Shown here piece after piece: positions 51,801 through 64,000 of a stretch of DNA of 64,000 nucleotides (position 1 is its first letter; each line of letters starts with the position of its first letter). The notes beneath the pieces are model-generated. The model saw nothing but the letters and a program-made list of their open reading frames with translations. It searched no databases and was not told the DNA's origin. A program made the translations under genes and the position numbers. Origin of the DNA: Podarcis liolepis (taxonomy: Eukaryota); assembly GCA_965112155.1 (NCBI GenBank), contig OZ218107.1, one strand, 5' to 3'.

Positions 51801-54200
51801 GAGTTCGAACCGGACAGGCGGCCTCACGCGCAAGGCTTTCATTTGCCACAGGCGCGCTCAGGCTCGGAAAGCGCGGGGTTCCAATTAAAACCAAAGTGCC
51901 ACCGAGCATGTGCAGTGTGCCTCCCTCACACCCTCATTCTCGGGGATACTTACTCGACAACAGACAGCGCTTTCTGACATGGAGTTACTAAATGTCCTTT
52001 ACGGGAAGCCCACCCCACCCCACTGAACGAATACTGTAACTTCTGAGGAGACACGCACAGGGGGACGTTGTAAGTTTGCGGTTCTGTGTGCGTTAGCCTA
52101 AGCGTAAGCCCTGCTGTGGGACCTACAAACGGGAGGGGGGAAAGGGGGGCATCGGAGCGTAGCTGTCAGCCAGGCGTCAGTTCCATTTACCCCCGTCTTT
52201 CTCATTCTTTCCCGCCTTTAGAGGAGGAGGAGAAGGAGGAGGACGCAGCAGGCAACCTGCTGGCGCGGGATTTACCACGCTTTTCTTTGCAAGGAGAGCT
52301 GGGCTGGGTGTTTAGTGTAGCACGTGTGGGGCCACCCGCTGCCTTTCGCCTTCCTCGCTGTGGGGTGTGCTTGAAGGTCAGAGTTGAGCTCCTGAGTTTT
52401 ATTGGCATACTAAACCTCCGGAGAGGGAGAGAGAGGCAGGGCGAGAGAGGAGGAGAGGGAGTCTGAAACGCGCGCGCTTTGACCAAACTCTGAAAAGCGC
52501 GGCCCAAGTCTGAGGAGATTTGCACACATACCCCTCCTCCTCCCCCTCCCCCCGTGCCAACGCTTCAAAGCAGCCTTTCTAAAGGGCTCTTGTAGTCCTT
52601 CCTGTCCTCCTTCTGAGAAGTCCCCCCCCCACTTCGCATAAGCCCCCCCCCCGCTCCTTTGGAGTACTAGCTGAAAAGCTGCTGTGGCGCAACCAATTTG
52701 ACACGACGCTTTTGTTTTCCCCTCTCCCGTTTGCAAGCCTGGTTGTGGCGCGAGGGTGGAGGTGGGGGGAGAGAGAAAGAGAGCGAGAGAGGAGAGCAAA
52801 CAACTTCTCGGGTGGTTTGTTTACATAGCAGGTGGACCTGACGTCAAGGAGGACGCTTCACTGCGAATCCGAATAATATCCTGCTCCGCTAGCAGGACTC
52901 CTTGCTCGGGAGAAGGCTGGCAAGCGGGGAGGCTGCAGCATCGGGGGCGAGGGAACCTTGCTAGATTGACCCCGCCACACTTTTATTTGGGGGGGGGGGA
53001 GTGCTGGTGGTGGCGGGAAGAAACTCGCATCCCCTCCCTGGTTTAGAGGAACACAACTTTAGGAACACAACCTAAAGAGTCGTTGTCACCCCAAAAAGGG
53101 GGGGGGGAACGTGCGTGCACACGCATTTTTCCCCTCCAAAAAAAAAAATCTGAATCTTTCCACAAACACACACACGAGAGGCAGCTGCACCCCCTCCATC
53201 CAGAGAGAGGGAGCCAGCCCCACACCCAGGGGGAGGGAGAACGCGAGAAGCAGCGCGAGCCTCTGAGAGAACGCGAGACCCCGCGCAGCTGCTGCTCCTG
53301 CCTCAGCTTTGGCGGCGGCGGCGGCTGCTGCTGTTCGGTCGGCGGCTCCTTTGCTTTGCTTGCTGCCGCCCAGGCCCCGGGAGCCACAGAGCCAGCGCCG
53401 CCTGCGGAGGAATATCCAGCCCTTTCAGAGACGCTGCTGCTTCTCTCTCTCTCTCTTGTTGTTGTTCCGTTCGGATTCCCCCTCCCACCCGGCGGCTCCT
53501 CTGGCGCGTCCTGGCAGCGGCGGCGGCGGCGGCGGCGGCGGCAGCAGCTCCTCCTGCAAAACACTTTTCCCTCTCCCTCGGTGTGTTTGTATTTGCGTGT
53601 GCGTGCGCGCGGCGAGCGAGTGCACCGCCTGCCTCTCTCTCCCTCTCTCTCTCCCCCGCCGTGCCATCTCCTCGGGACTCTGCTCAGTCAGTGTGCGCTC
53701 CTGGTAAGTTTTTTAAAATATATATATAAATACTATTCCCCTCCCTTCTCTCTCTCTCTCTCTTTCACCCCACCCCACCCCACCCCGTCCCTTCAGTCAG
53801 GGGTTTGACTAGTTACTTTCCTCCTGCCCTCGCTCTCGGCTCCCCTCCCCCTCCCGCTTTCTCTCCAGCTGCTCCTGGCTGCAAGAAAAGTTTGCCTGCA
53901 AGCCGCCGGGAACATGGCGTGTCCATGTGTCCAGGGTGACATGTGTCAAGGTCTGTTCTTAGCAGGTGGCGAGCGCTGTGGCCCACTCCTGCCCCTCTTT
54001 TCTTTCTTTCGCCGAAGCAAACGCCCACACGGAGACTTAATTTTGCATGCATCTTTGTTTTTGCAGGAGGGTTTCTTGGTTATAAATTAATCGAGGCAGG
54101 GTGTTAACCCCCCCCTCTCATTTTAACGCGCCCGATCTTCGGCTCGGGTAGCAAACACCCCCCCCCCCAAAAAAGAGCCTCGTGGCACCTCAAAGACTTA
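48900..54200 (+). promoter_or_regulatory. Large CpG island / promoter, probably the distal promoter of FOXP2
   Basis: Abrupt rise in CpG density against CpG-depleted flanks, with no recognisable transposons inside and GC, CGG and GA tracts. The gene identity is inferred only from the conserved divergent PPP1R3A-FOXP2 arrangement in vertebrates. Confidence 0.8.
53200..53703 (+). other. Putative non-coding first exon (likely FOXP2 upstream 5' UTR exon); start approximate
   Basis: Strong donor CTG|GTAAGT at 53703/53704, at the 3' end of the CpG island. It is preceded by GC-rich UTR-like sequence with (GGC)n runs and followed by AT-rich intron-like DNA. Confidence 0.55.
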
Positions 54201-55707
54201 GCAGACTTAATGTGCTTTGAGTTGTAGTGCATTTGATGCAAGATCTTGAGGTGCCACTAGACTTGTGTGGGTGGGTGTTTGCACCTTTGTGCGCGCTTGA
54301 AGTACAGGTGATCTTTGCAAACTCTCGAACTTGGCCTGCGCGGACTTTTAACAGTTGCTCACTGCAAGTAAAAGGTGCATTAAAAATCACCTAATTGCCT
54401 GCTGTTTTCATTAGATATTGAGAAAACGTGGCGTGGTATTTCAGAGAGTGTGGTGTTGTTTTCTCCCAGCCTGCTCCTCTTGTGTCACTTTCGGGGAGGT
54501 GGAAGCCTAGAGTCATGGGGCGGGGAGCACGTGTGCCCTTGGGGAGAGCAGCCAGACACCCCACTTCCCTCCATGCCAGACAGACCCTAATGCGTGGAGG
54601 GGGAAAGGGAAATTGGCAGCAAGACGAGGTGGAAAGACGGGCCTAGCTGTGACACTTGGGGGGCTGTAGCAGTATTCATTGACTTCTCTTCCTTCCATCA
54701 GTTAGTTGCACGTGCATGGTGTTTCGCCTGTACCCTCTCTGGCCAGGACGAGTTACTGCATTCCTTTCATTTATTTATATATTTAGCTAGTTTGCTGCCG
54801 TTTGCTTTGGTCTCCTAACACCACCTTTTTCGTAGTGGTTTTTTTAAAAAATTATTTATATATATTGTGCTTGCTGGAGAGAGTGTGTTCACCTTGAACA
54901 ACAGCAACAGAAAACGTTAGCCTACAACGCTAGATTAATAAATAATAATGGCAGACCTGTATGGAGCTCCGGAGGCATTCTTGGCTGCCTTTGCTGTGGG
55001 AGAGTCTTCTCCTGAATTTCACTCTTGAAATTCAAAACGCAAGAAAGTTGTGAAAGTTTAATTTTAAGAGCTTTCGAGATCAAGTAGGTAAATGGCTCTA
55101 AGGCATGTTGAGCTTTGTTTGTGGAGTTGTGAGTGTGAGGACAGGGAAGGTGAGGAATGAAACAAAACGCTAGCTGCCCTTTTTTTTTGCTCGAGTTTCT
55201 GAGTGATTACCCAAACATAAAAAGGTCTTAGTGTAAGGATGAATAAAAAATAGGGCAGAGTTCCCGGTGAAACCAAGGTAGCTCTTTGATGTAGATTCTG
55301 TGTCTAAGTAACTTTGCACTAAAACGTTTTTCCAGGCATTTTAATAACTGGACTTGAATACTGTACAACAGCTTTTGCTCCAAATGAAGTTGTGGTCTGC
55401 TTTCATTGTCAGAGTGAATTTTCTGCATCTGGGTACCTGTTCTACTGAAAACAGTTGATTGTGGGATCAAGTTGAAAAGAACCCATACATTTATAACAGA
55501 TGGCAACAAATGATTAGGAGTGAAGGTAACTGGGCTTTAAGGAAAAGTTACTAAAGTGACTATTCTGCACTCGCAGTGCATTCACAGTGCAGAAGAGAGA
55601 GTTCTTTTTTGAAGTAGAAAATGAAATGTGTTACACAACTGAGTGTAAGAGATTTCAGTGCTCCAGTGATCTTCCTCTTATATAGATAGTTCAATTCCAA
55701 TCATTTT

Positions 55708-55712
<5 letters not shown>

Positions 55713-55757
<45 letters not shown>
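55713..55757. repeat. (AT)n microsatellite
   Basis: Direct reading. Confidence 0.95.
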
Positions 55758-55759
<2 letters not shown>

Positions 55760-58700
55760 TTTTAAATAGTAATGCAGCCCTATGCATATTTACTCTGAAG
55801 TAAGTTCCACTTTATTCAGTGGGACTTACTCATGGGTAAGTATGAATAGAATTGCAGCTTGATGCTTGTGTTACTCCACAACTCAGTTCTTGTGGCATAA
55901 GTGTTGACCAATTCCACATTCAGGAGTATAGGATCACAATGTAAAATAATTCATGCCATATTTTTTGTTGTTCCTTTGCTGTTCTAAATCCAGATATTTG
56001 ATATATACTTGATATACTTCAGTTGGATGGATCAAGTTATTATTCACTCTATAGTGAAATAGGGAAGTGGAAGAGAGCACACTATTAATTGATGACAAAT
56101 CACAAAAATATTACCTGTAAAGTATTTTGCTGCTGCTTCTCTTCTGCTTCAGATAAATGAAACCTGTCAAGAAAAAAAGTATTGTGCCTAATAATATTAC
56201 AGTGCATAAATGTTTAAAGTAGTTTTCCTAATGCTACATTAAACATACAAGTGATCTCTTTTTTATAAAGGAGTGACTCTTTAAAGTTAGACTTTAAGTT
56301 GCTATACTAGGTATATTAATTTTAAAGAACATACTATAAACTGTTTGTAGTATGCACACAGTTCTTGCTACTGTAGGCGCAACTACCATTTTCAAAAGGA
56401 TCTTGTGGCATGCAAAATTATAATTGATAGTATTTTGCACAAGCAAATCTAGTTATCTGGAATAACTACTTTGTAAAGACTCATTTTCGTTCCTTCACAT
56501 ATTAAAATTTGACATATCCAAAGTATCATGTGACTGCCAACTAAATTTTTAAAAAATGCTGTCTGTATTCTTACAGATTATCTAATATGGGCCCTTAAAA
56601 CAATTGGTTGTGGTATTACTATTTTGTATAGTAAGCCTCATCTGTTGAAGATCAGTGCATGCTAATGAGAGCTCTATTTGTATTCTTCATTTTGTGGCTG
56701 TGCCATACTGGCATCATATGAAAACACATCGGAAACAATGATTTATTATTTGCCAGTTATTATTATTCACTCAGGTTTTTATGATACTAAAAAATATTGA
56801 GGTGACTTAAAGTAGGAAAAATCCACACAGTGCAAAATTAAAACAACATGCATTTAAAATGATAATATATGGATCATATCCTATTCTGTTACTTGATTTT
56901 TTTGAGAAAAGTAGGGAGTGCTTGGTATTTTTTGGTAAAGTTTTATAAAATATTCCAACAAATGACTTGATCTGTCTCTTGGTTAAACTGGAGTAGTTTA
57001 TTAGACTACGCTGAGTTAAGTGGAGTGGTTTAATTGGGTCTTGGGAGTTCTTTCACTTGTATTTGTAGACTGCTTATGAAATTGCCACATTGTAGACTGC
57101 CTGCTTGGGCTTCCTAAATGTAGTTTCTGGAAATAAAGCCTATTAACTTGCCAAGAAGAAGCGGTTATTATGATGTTATTGGTAACTGAAAGAAAATGAA
57201 TAAATGTGTGACTTGCAGTGCATGTTTACCTCTTGTTTTTTAAAAAAAAATATTTCCCCCATATTTTAAAGTAGATAAGATTGCAGAATAGCCATATGTG
57301 TAAACGGTTTGTAACTATGTGTCTAAAAAAATAAATGTTTTGTTAAAACACTTTGCACGATGTTATGTTTTGGAATCTTGGTGCTAATTGTTTATTCTCC
57401 TTAATCCTAAATACGTTACCAATGTCTGTGAGGCTTAATATACTTGGAAGTAAACCCCATTGATTGTGGTAGAGTATACTTCAAATTTTTGCCTGAGATG
57501 TAGGTGCTAGGTAGAATGTGACCATACGTTAATTACCACAAATAGTGGAGGTAGGTGGAGAAGATAAAAAAGTACTGCTAGGCCACTAAGTGGCAACCAA
57601 GGAAAGAAGGGAAGTGGGGCACTGCTGTTATGGAAGAACACAAACTAGTGCGCCTGTAGGCAGTACTGTTTCCAAGTTTTTCTAGGAATGTGATATAAAG
57701 CTGGTTTATTTAATTGAAAATGAGACTTACATTCAGAATTGGTGCATGTTTGTAGGCAGTGTGAAAACCCTATCCATACGTTTGAAAGATGTATGCTACA
57801 AGCACTGTTAAAATGTGATGGGTTGACCAGAGTACAGGACTCCTGATTGTTGTGTTGTTTGTGTATGCTACTTAGGCTTTATAACCAAATTAAGCTAAAG
57901 CAATTCAGTTTAAACAAATTTACAGCTGTCTTAAAGCATGTTTACCCTGTTCCAGTGAATGAAACTTGTAAGTAAATGGGGTTAGGATTGCTGCCTTGTA
58001 AATATGTTTAGGATCAAAGTGATTCAGATTGTAAGTATTTCATCTTAAAATTATGCTATCTGATTGTTGTTGGGCCTGTTGTTCTCTCTTTTTCAGAATT
58101 AAGATAATTGCTTCTCAACTTGCTTCTCTGGCACAGCACAGTTAATTTATTAGCATTTGGGAACTAAGTGTTACTGTTTACTAGGTTAATATTGGGGTAG
58201 GTTCTTGGTAAGAATTGAATAATGTATCTTTGTGTGTTGTCTGAGTCAAATTATGAATGTGATGTTTACTTTTGTGAACTGAAAATGATTTAGGACACAG
58301 GTCACCGAGAAGTACTTTGGTATGATTGTCAGTGGAGAAAATTGCAAATCATAGTTAAACTTGGAATGCTATCAGTTCCATTACAAATATTGAATACTAA
58401 TTTTGGGGCACTCAAACTGATTACTCTTCTGAGGCTTTTGTCAGTGGTGTGCTAGAAATAATATAAATGGTCTATTGTAAGAGTCCTGCAGCATACATCT
58501 CAACCGTCCTTAACACAAATACACAACACTGAATAGTTTAGATTTAGATTTAGATTGTATCACTGCATAATTCTTATTTTTCATAGATAGTGGTTATATA
58601 TAAGCTTTTAAAACTGAAATGGTAGAAGTAAACTCATTCTTAAGCAAAGGCCAACTTCAGTCTTAAGCACACATACTAGGGATAGGGGGAGTAAGTCCCA

Positions 58701-59093
58701 TTGAATTTAATGGGGCTTGCTTCTCATTAAACTTCGAGCTGTTACAGTAATCATTGCATGTAATAGTTCACAGTATGCCTAACATACTGTATTGCTAGTG
58801 CACTCTATATTATGCTTTTCCATTCACGTGGCAATAATTTTCATGTATAAAATTCATATTGTTTGAAGAAACCCTTACTTAAAAATATGTTAGGTTGGAT
58901 ACGTAATAAGTTTAGTGCCTCTTGAAATCAGCAGGACAAGTTATGTCATGATCCATTACTTAGGTGGGGCCTAATTTCCACTGACATAGGCTGCCGTACC
59001 TGAGTGCAAGTCTCATTGAACTCAGTGGGACTTACTTCTGAGTATATGTGTAGGATTGCATTGTGGATCCAATCTGCTTAGGATCAGAGTTCA

Positions 59094-59275
59094 GATGGAG
59101 CTGTAGCTTGGTGGTAGAGCACATGCTTTAGATGCAGAAAATGGCAGCTTCGGTCTCTGGCATTTCCCAGTAGGGTTGGGAAAGTCTCCTATCTGTAACT
59201 CTTTAGAACTGTTATCACCCAATGCAGGCAGTACTGAGCTAGCCGAATCAGTATAACAGCTTCGTCTGTTCCTAA
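59094..59275 (+). mobile_element. Degenerate tRNA-derived SINE
   Basis: tRNA-like head gctgtagcttggtggtagagcacatgcttt and 3' end tactgagctag...cagtataacagcttc...tgttccta. Confidence 0.65.
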
Positions 59276-60454
59276 TCATTCTGACATTTATCTCTGCTTA
59301 AGCCCATTGACTTCAATGGGTCTAAACAGGACTGACATTTGACCCATTTTTAAAAAAGAGAATAAAATGACCAAATGCTTTAAGGCGTCAATTTTTTAGA
59401 TCAAGTTATGAAAAATAGGATGATGCTGATCACCAAACCTATCACGTAGTAGAAGACTAGAATTCGGCGCTTCCTTGGCGCCTTTACAGAACACTGCACT
59501 AAACTATGCTTAGGCCTTCTTTCTCTCCAAAGTAAATACAAAGGACTCTGTAATAATCCTGACTGCTGGGCACTTGTAATCTGTAGAGGATACAAAGGTC
59601 TGAGCACCTCTGAGTTTGTACTGAGTCCTTGGGCTAATAACTCTTCCTCAGAGTGGTCTGTGATATTCCCAGGGAGCCTCACAATGGTCTATCCATGGGT
59701 GTTAACTATGGTCAGTCTTTCAGCTACTCCATTGAGTGCAGATTTCCCTCAAAATATCTGCTGCCATCACCTAGTGGACTTGGAAAGAGCGACAAGATTC
59801 TCCCTTTCTATTGTTACTCAAGTACAGACACATGGGGCTAGATATAGTTACCTAAGCATCCACCCACACACCAAGACAGTCAAACATAAGCATAACTTTA
59901 ATTAAGGAACATAACATTCAGCTCAGTAAGTCTTTTTCTATCCAGATATCTTTTAGTTCTGGTTTCCAGATCTAACATACTGTCTGCCTTAAGTTTCATA
60001 ATAATGGTTTAAACACAATGACAACAGAATTGTCAGATTCAACATATGAGTGTGAGTTGCCCAGAAGGTCCAACAATGGTCACATTTCACTTCAGAAGAA
60101 GAAACTTCTCAAAGATGAGGGGCTTTGTTAAAAGGAAATTGAAAGGGAGAGTGAAGAGGGCAAAATATCTTCCGGATGCTTGGAGGTTATTTAAAACCAC
60201 AATAGCAGCTCAGATAGAATATATAATTTAGATTAGGGAAGGTGCAGGAAAGTCCAAAAGAAAACTGGTGTGGCTAACAAGCAAGAGTCAAGCAAGCTAT
60301 AAAAGGCAATAAGGCATACTTTAAAAAGTGTAAATACTGACATGAGGAAAATATAAAAGATCACAAATTCTGCCCAATTTGGTAGGGGTCGTTTAGCAGC
60401 TTTGAAAGTGTCGATTGTGAGGTTGCTTCAGAATTTATTTTAATTTCTGTATTA

Positions 60455-60666
60455 CAGTGGTACCTCAGGTTAAGAACTTAATTCGTTCTGGAGGTCCGTT
60501 CTTAACCTGAAACTGTTCTTAACCTAAGGTATCACTTGAGCTAATGGGGCCTCCCGCTGCCACTGCACGATTTCTGTTCTCATCCTGAAGCAAAGTTCTT
60601 AACCTGAAGTATTTCTGGGTTAGCAGAGTCTGTAACCTGAAGAGTCTGTAACACGAGATACCACTG
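60455..60666. mobile_element. Tc1/mariner (Tigger-like) MITE
   Basis: TA-flanked CAGTGGTACCTC/GAGATACCACTG TIRs; same family as 13215-13456, in the opposite orientation. Confidence 0.85.
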
Positions 60667-62192
60667 TATTTTAAATTGAGATGCTGTTGTTTTGCTTCAG
60701 GGGCAAGAATATGGTAACAATAAAATAGTAATATTTTAGAAGCCTTAAAACAAATAGTGTAAGCCTCTAACCATCCCAGGAAGATGTTGGACTAGTCCAT
60801 AATAAAGGTATGAAAGGATTATTGGAGGATAGGGAGACTGCAGAGAAGCTGAACAAATACTTAGCATTGATCTTTGCTATTGAAGATACTGGATCGAGAT
60901 AGGTGGGTTTGAACTGTGTGTGCTTTCTGGGAGGGTGTCGGAAGAATGGCCAAATTAAAGTGATGAGAGATGAAGTTGTAGGGCAAATAGACAAATTAAA
61001 ATCATCAAGCCACGCTGTCTGAATGGCATATACCCTAATGTGAAGATCTTCTAACAAAAATATGCAACTTGTCACTAAAATCAGTTTCTGTGCTGGAGGA
61101 TTGGAAAGTAGCCAGCATAAACACCAATCTTTAAAAAAGGATCCAGGGGGAGCTGGGAAATTACAAGTCCATTAGCATAACATCTGTCTTGGGTAAATTG
61201 GTAGAGAAGCATAATTAAAGCCAGAGTTGTTAAACATAGAAGAATAAGGTTGCTGTGGTAGAATTGGTGCGGCTTCTGCAATAGGAAGTTCCGCACATTT
61301 GAGAATACTTTTTGAAGGTATTCTCAAATATATACATATATTCTCATAAGCATTATATACTTTAATTTCATGTTATGGACAAATTGTCCGTGAATAAACT
61401 TAAATGCTCATAGAGTAAGAAGCAGGCCTTTTATGCATTAATGACTGATTAGAGAACAGAAACCTGAGGATATAAATAAATCAAACAGTTTCAAAATAGG
61501 GGACATGACTCATAGGGGTACCCAAGGATCTATAATAGGACTAGTTCTGTCTAACTTGTTCATGAATTGATCTGGAATTAGGCAGTGAGCTGCTCAGGTT
61601 TGTGGATAACATCAAATTATCCATTGTGGCGAAAACCCAAGTAGACTGTGATGAACACCAAAAGTATCCTTCCAAACTGGATGAATGTTGATGAAAATGC
61701 TAAATGAAGTTCAATTTAAAACTTTAAAGTGGTGCACACCTGGGCAAAAGCTCCTAACTTCAGAAACATTGATAGCACCTGAAGTGATTGTGAATACGCA
61801 GGAAATGGGTCTTGGGATTGTGGTGGTAATATTATGTGCTACAGCATTGAGGAAGGCTAATATCGTAATCAGGTTTATTGGTTAATTGACTGAAAACAAA
61901 ATTGCCAATATTATAATGCTGTTGTATAAATCTGTAGTGTGGTTATGAGAGAGCAACCCAAATAATTTGTCTCAAAAAGGATGTAGAGTTGGAGAAGGTG
62001 CATAAAAGAGCAACCAAAATGATTGAATTAGGATCTCTTTCTCTATGGGAAAAGGCTAGCCCGTTTGAGGGCTTTTTGTTTAGTAGAAAAGAGAAGAGGG
62101 TATGAGATAGATTAATAAAAAAACTATGTAAGTGGAACTTTTCCCCCCTTTCTGATAATACTAGAATTTGGGGTCAACTACTTTACACAATA

Positions 62193-62556
62193 GGGATGCG
62201 GGTGGCGCTGTGGTCTAAACCACAGAGCCTAGGGCTTGCCAATCAGAAGATGAGCGGTTTGAATCCCTGCGACGGGGTGAGCTCCCGTTGTTTGGTCCCA
62301 GCTCATGCCCACCTAGCAGTTTGAAAGCACTTCAGAGTGCAAGTAGATAAATAGGTACTGCTCCGGCGGGAAGGTAAACAGCGTTTCCATGCGCTGCTCT
62401 GGCTCTCCAGAAGTGGCTTAGTCATGCTGGCCACATGACCCAGAAGCTCTCTGTGGACAAACTCCAACTCCCTCGGTCTATAGAGCAAGATGAGCATGCA
62501 ACCCCAGATTCGTCTGCGATTGGACCTATCAGTCAGTGGTATCTTTACCTTTACTT
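62193..62556 (+). mobile_element. Sauria SINE, full length
   Basis: Head gggatgcgggtggcgctgtggtctaaaccacagagcc, diagnostic body, tttacctttac tail; tactttaca is repeated on both sides. Confidence 0.92.
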
Positions 62557-63100
62557 TACTTTACATGATGCATGATTGATTTATAGAATTAACTGCCACC
62601 GGATGTGTTTACGGCCACGGCCTTTGGTGCCGTTAAAATGGGATTAGACATGGAATATAGGTCTATAAATGGCTATTAGCTATGTGAAACCCCTGGGTTC
62701 AGTGGCCGTATTTTTCAGACGATCAGTTGTGGGGTAGAGAATTGATAGAAGAGATTAAGGACTGCTGCCATCATACCCAGCTATGGAAACATGTTTCCAG
62801 AAGCATCTGGCTGGCCACTGTTGGATTTGGTAGACTTATGTTCTGACCCAGTAGGATGGTTCTCATGCTATGTTCTTAGTGGATTTTCAGTGTTCACTGC
62901 TTTTGGTCAATGGACAGTTGCATTTGTGCTGTCAGGCTAGTCCTGTTGACGTCTGTGTAGGTGCCTGTAGAGCTAGATTCCTTCAGAGGAGGTATACAGT
63001 TCTTATGTGATGGTTATAGAAGGTGAACCAGAAGCTGTTGGTTTCATTTCTTTTACTACCAGCTCTTTCTGTTGCTTCAGTTGTTTTCTTGCCTTAATTT

Positions 63101-63262
63101 GCCTGGATAGCTCAGTTGGTTAGAGCATGGTGCTGATAACACAAAGGTTGCAGGTTCGATCCCTATATGGGACAGCTGCATATTCCTGTATTGCAGGGGT
63201 TTGGACTAGATGATTCTCAGGGTCTCTTCCAGTGCTTCAGTTCTATGATTCTGTTATTCTGT
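63101..63262 (+). mobile_element. SINE with tRNA-Ile-like head and CR1-derived tail
   Basis: tagctcagttggttagagcatggtgctgataac...ggttcgatccc is followed by the same CR1 3' end seen at 4530-4596. Confidence 0.8.
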
Positions 63263-63326
63263 CTTGTGTGCTTTATTGGCTGACTGCATTCTATTCAACA
63301 TAGTGACATCATGTAATGTTCTAGAT

Positions 63327-63533
63327 CAGGGGTAGCCAACTCCCAAGAGACTGCGATCTACTCACAGAGTTAAAAACAGGCAGTGATATATCCCCTTTTT
63401 AGGGGTTCAGGTCAAAGTTGTTTAGCTTTTTTTAGGGGAGCTTCATTGAGGGGAGCCAATGATCTACCAGAGATCTACCACAGATGTCAAGTGATCTACC
63501 GGTAGATCGCAATCTACCTGTTGGGCGTGCCTG
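63327..63533. mobile_element. hAT (Charlie-like) MITE
   Basis: CAGG.../...CCTG ends, perfect TSD ttctagat, internal palindrome gatctaccggtagatc. Confidence 0.85.
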
Positions 63534-64000
63534 TTCTAGATGGACAAGTTAAATCAAAAGCTTGATGTTGATACATTGCTAGTGCAGCATACCTCTTTGA
63601 AGACTGTTGACATTTTGACATTGGGGAGTTAAAAAATATACTGATTTTTGCCTTCTCGCTATAAAGGTATGGAATATATTTTCTCCTCTCTAGACACTCT
63701 TCTTTCTTGGCACTGTCTCTGTTAAAGGTTTAGAAGTAACATTGCGTTCTTATGGCTTTAGTCCCAAGACTTGGAAAAGCAAGCATTTGTAATAACATTT
63801 GTTTCATAACTAAATTAGAAACATTTCAGTTTCAACACAAATAATTGAAGGAAAACTGAGATGAGCAGGTTGCTAGAATCAGCTGGAAATTTGAAAGGAT
63901 AAGACTTTCGTGGAAAGTGGCCAAACAAAGCTTGGGATTGGATAAGAAGCTGAGAAAGGTATAAAATATTTGAACGGTATGGAAGTGACAAATGATGTTA

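Larger units (their letters stand above)
60040..62880 (+). mobile_element. Old, heavily degraded CR1 LINE (ORF2), interrupted by a Tigger MITE and a Sauria SINE
   Basis: Remnant motifs AEKLNKY, PEDWK.A...PIFKKGSRG.LGNY, GVP.GSI.GLVL, ELEKV.KRATKMI, with many stops and frameshifts. Confidence 0.8.

Noticed and set aside
53083-53808. 241-aa ORF and overlapping ORFs in the CpG island
   Set aside because: Low-complexity translations of GC-rich and microsatellite sequence with no domain, a non-ATG start and an internal splice donor.
63101-63172. Possible tRNA-Ile gene
   Set aside because: The acceptor stem does not pair and the sequence runs directly into a CR1-type tail, so it is a SINE head.
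1-64000. Prokaryotic-type systems (CRISPR arrays, operons, retrons)
   Set aside because: The sequence is clearly vertebrate. There are no regularly spaced repeat-spacer arrays, and the RT belongs to a Penelope-like retroelement.

Overview
This is vertebrate genomic DNA, most likely from a squamate and probably a lacertid lizard (Sauria SINEs, BovB, CR1, L2, RTE, hAT and Tigger MITEs). The left part holds coding exon 1, the promoter and intron 1 of PPP1R3A on the minus strand. The right part holds a ~5 kb CpG island with a non-coding first exon and splice donor on the plus strand; by the known PPP1R3A-FOXP2 gene order this is probably the distal FOXP2 promoter, but that is inferred and no FOXP2 coding sequence is present. 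Two things between them stand out. (1) An intronless FoxQ2-type forkhead gene at ~23.3-24.2 kb whose domain is broken by an apparent 4-bp ATCC slippage deletion. (2) A very young ~3.95 kb palindrome at 36.0-40.0 kb, made of two 5'-truncated Penelope-like retroelements (RT + GIY-YIG) joined head-to-head. Both of its 3' ends lie in (AT)n and each arm carries a minimal hammerhead ribozyme. The rest is repeat-rich intronic or intergenic DNA with several nested insertions and one 158-N gap.
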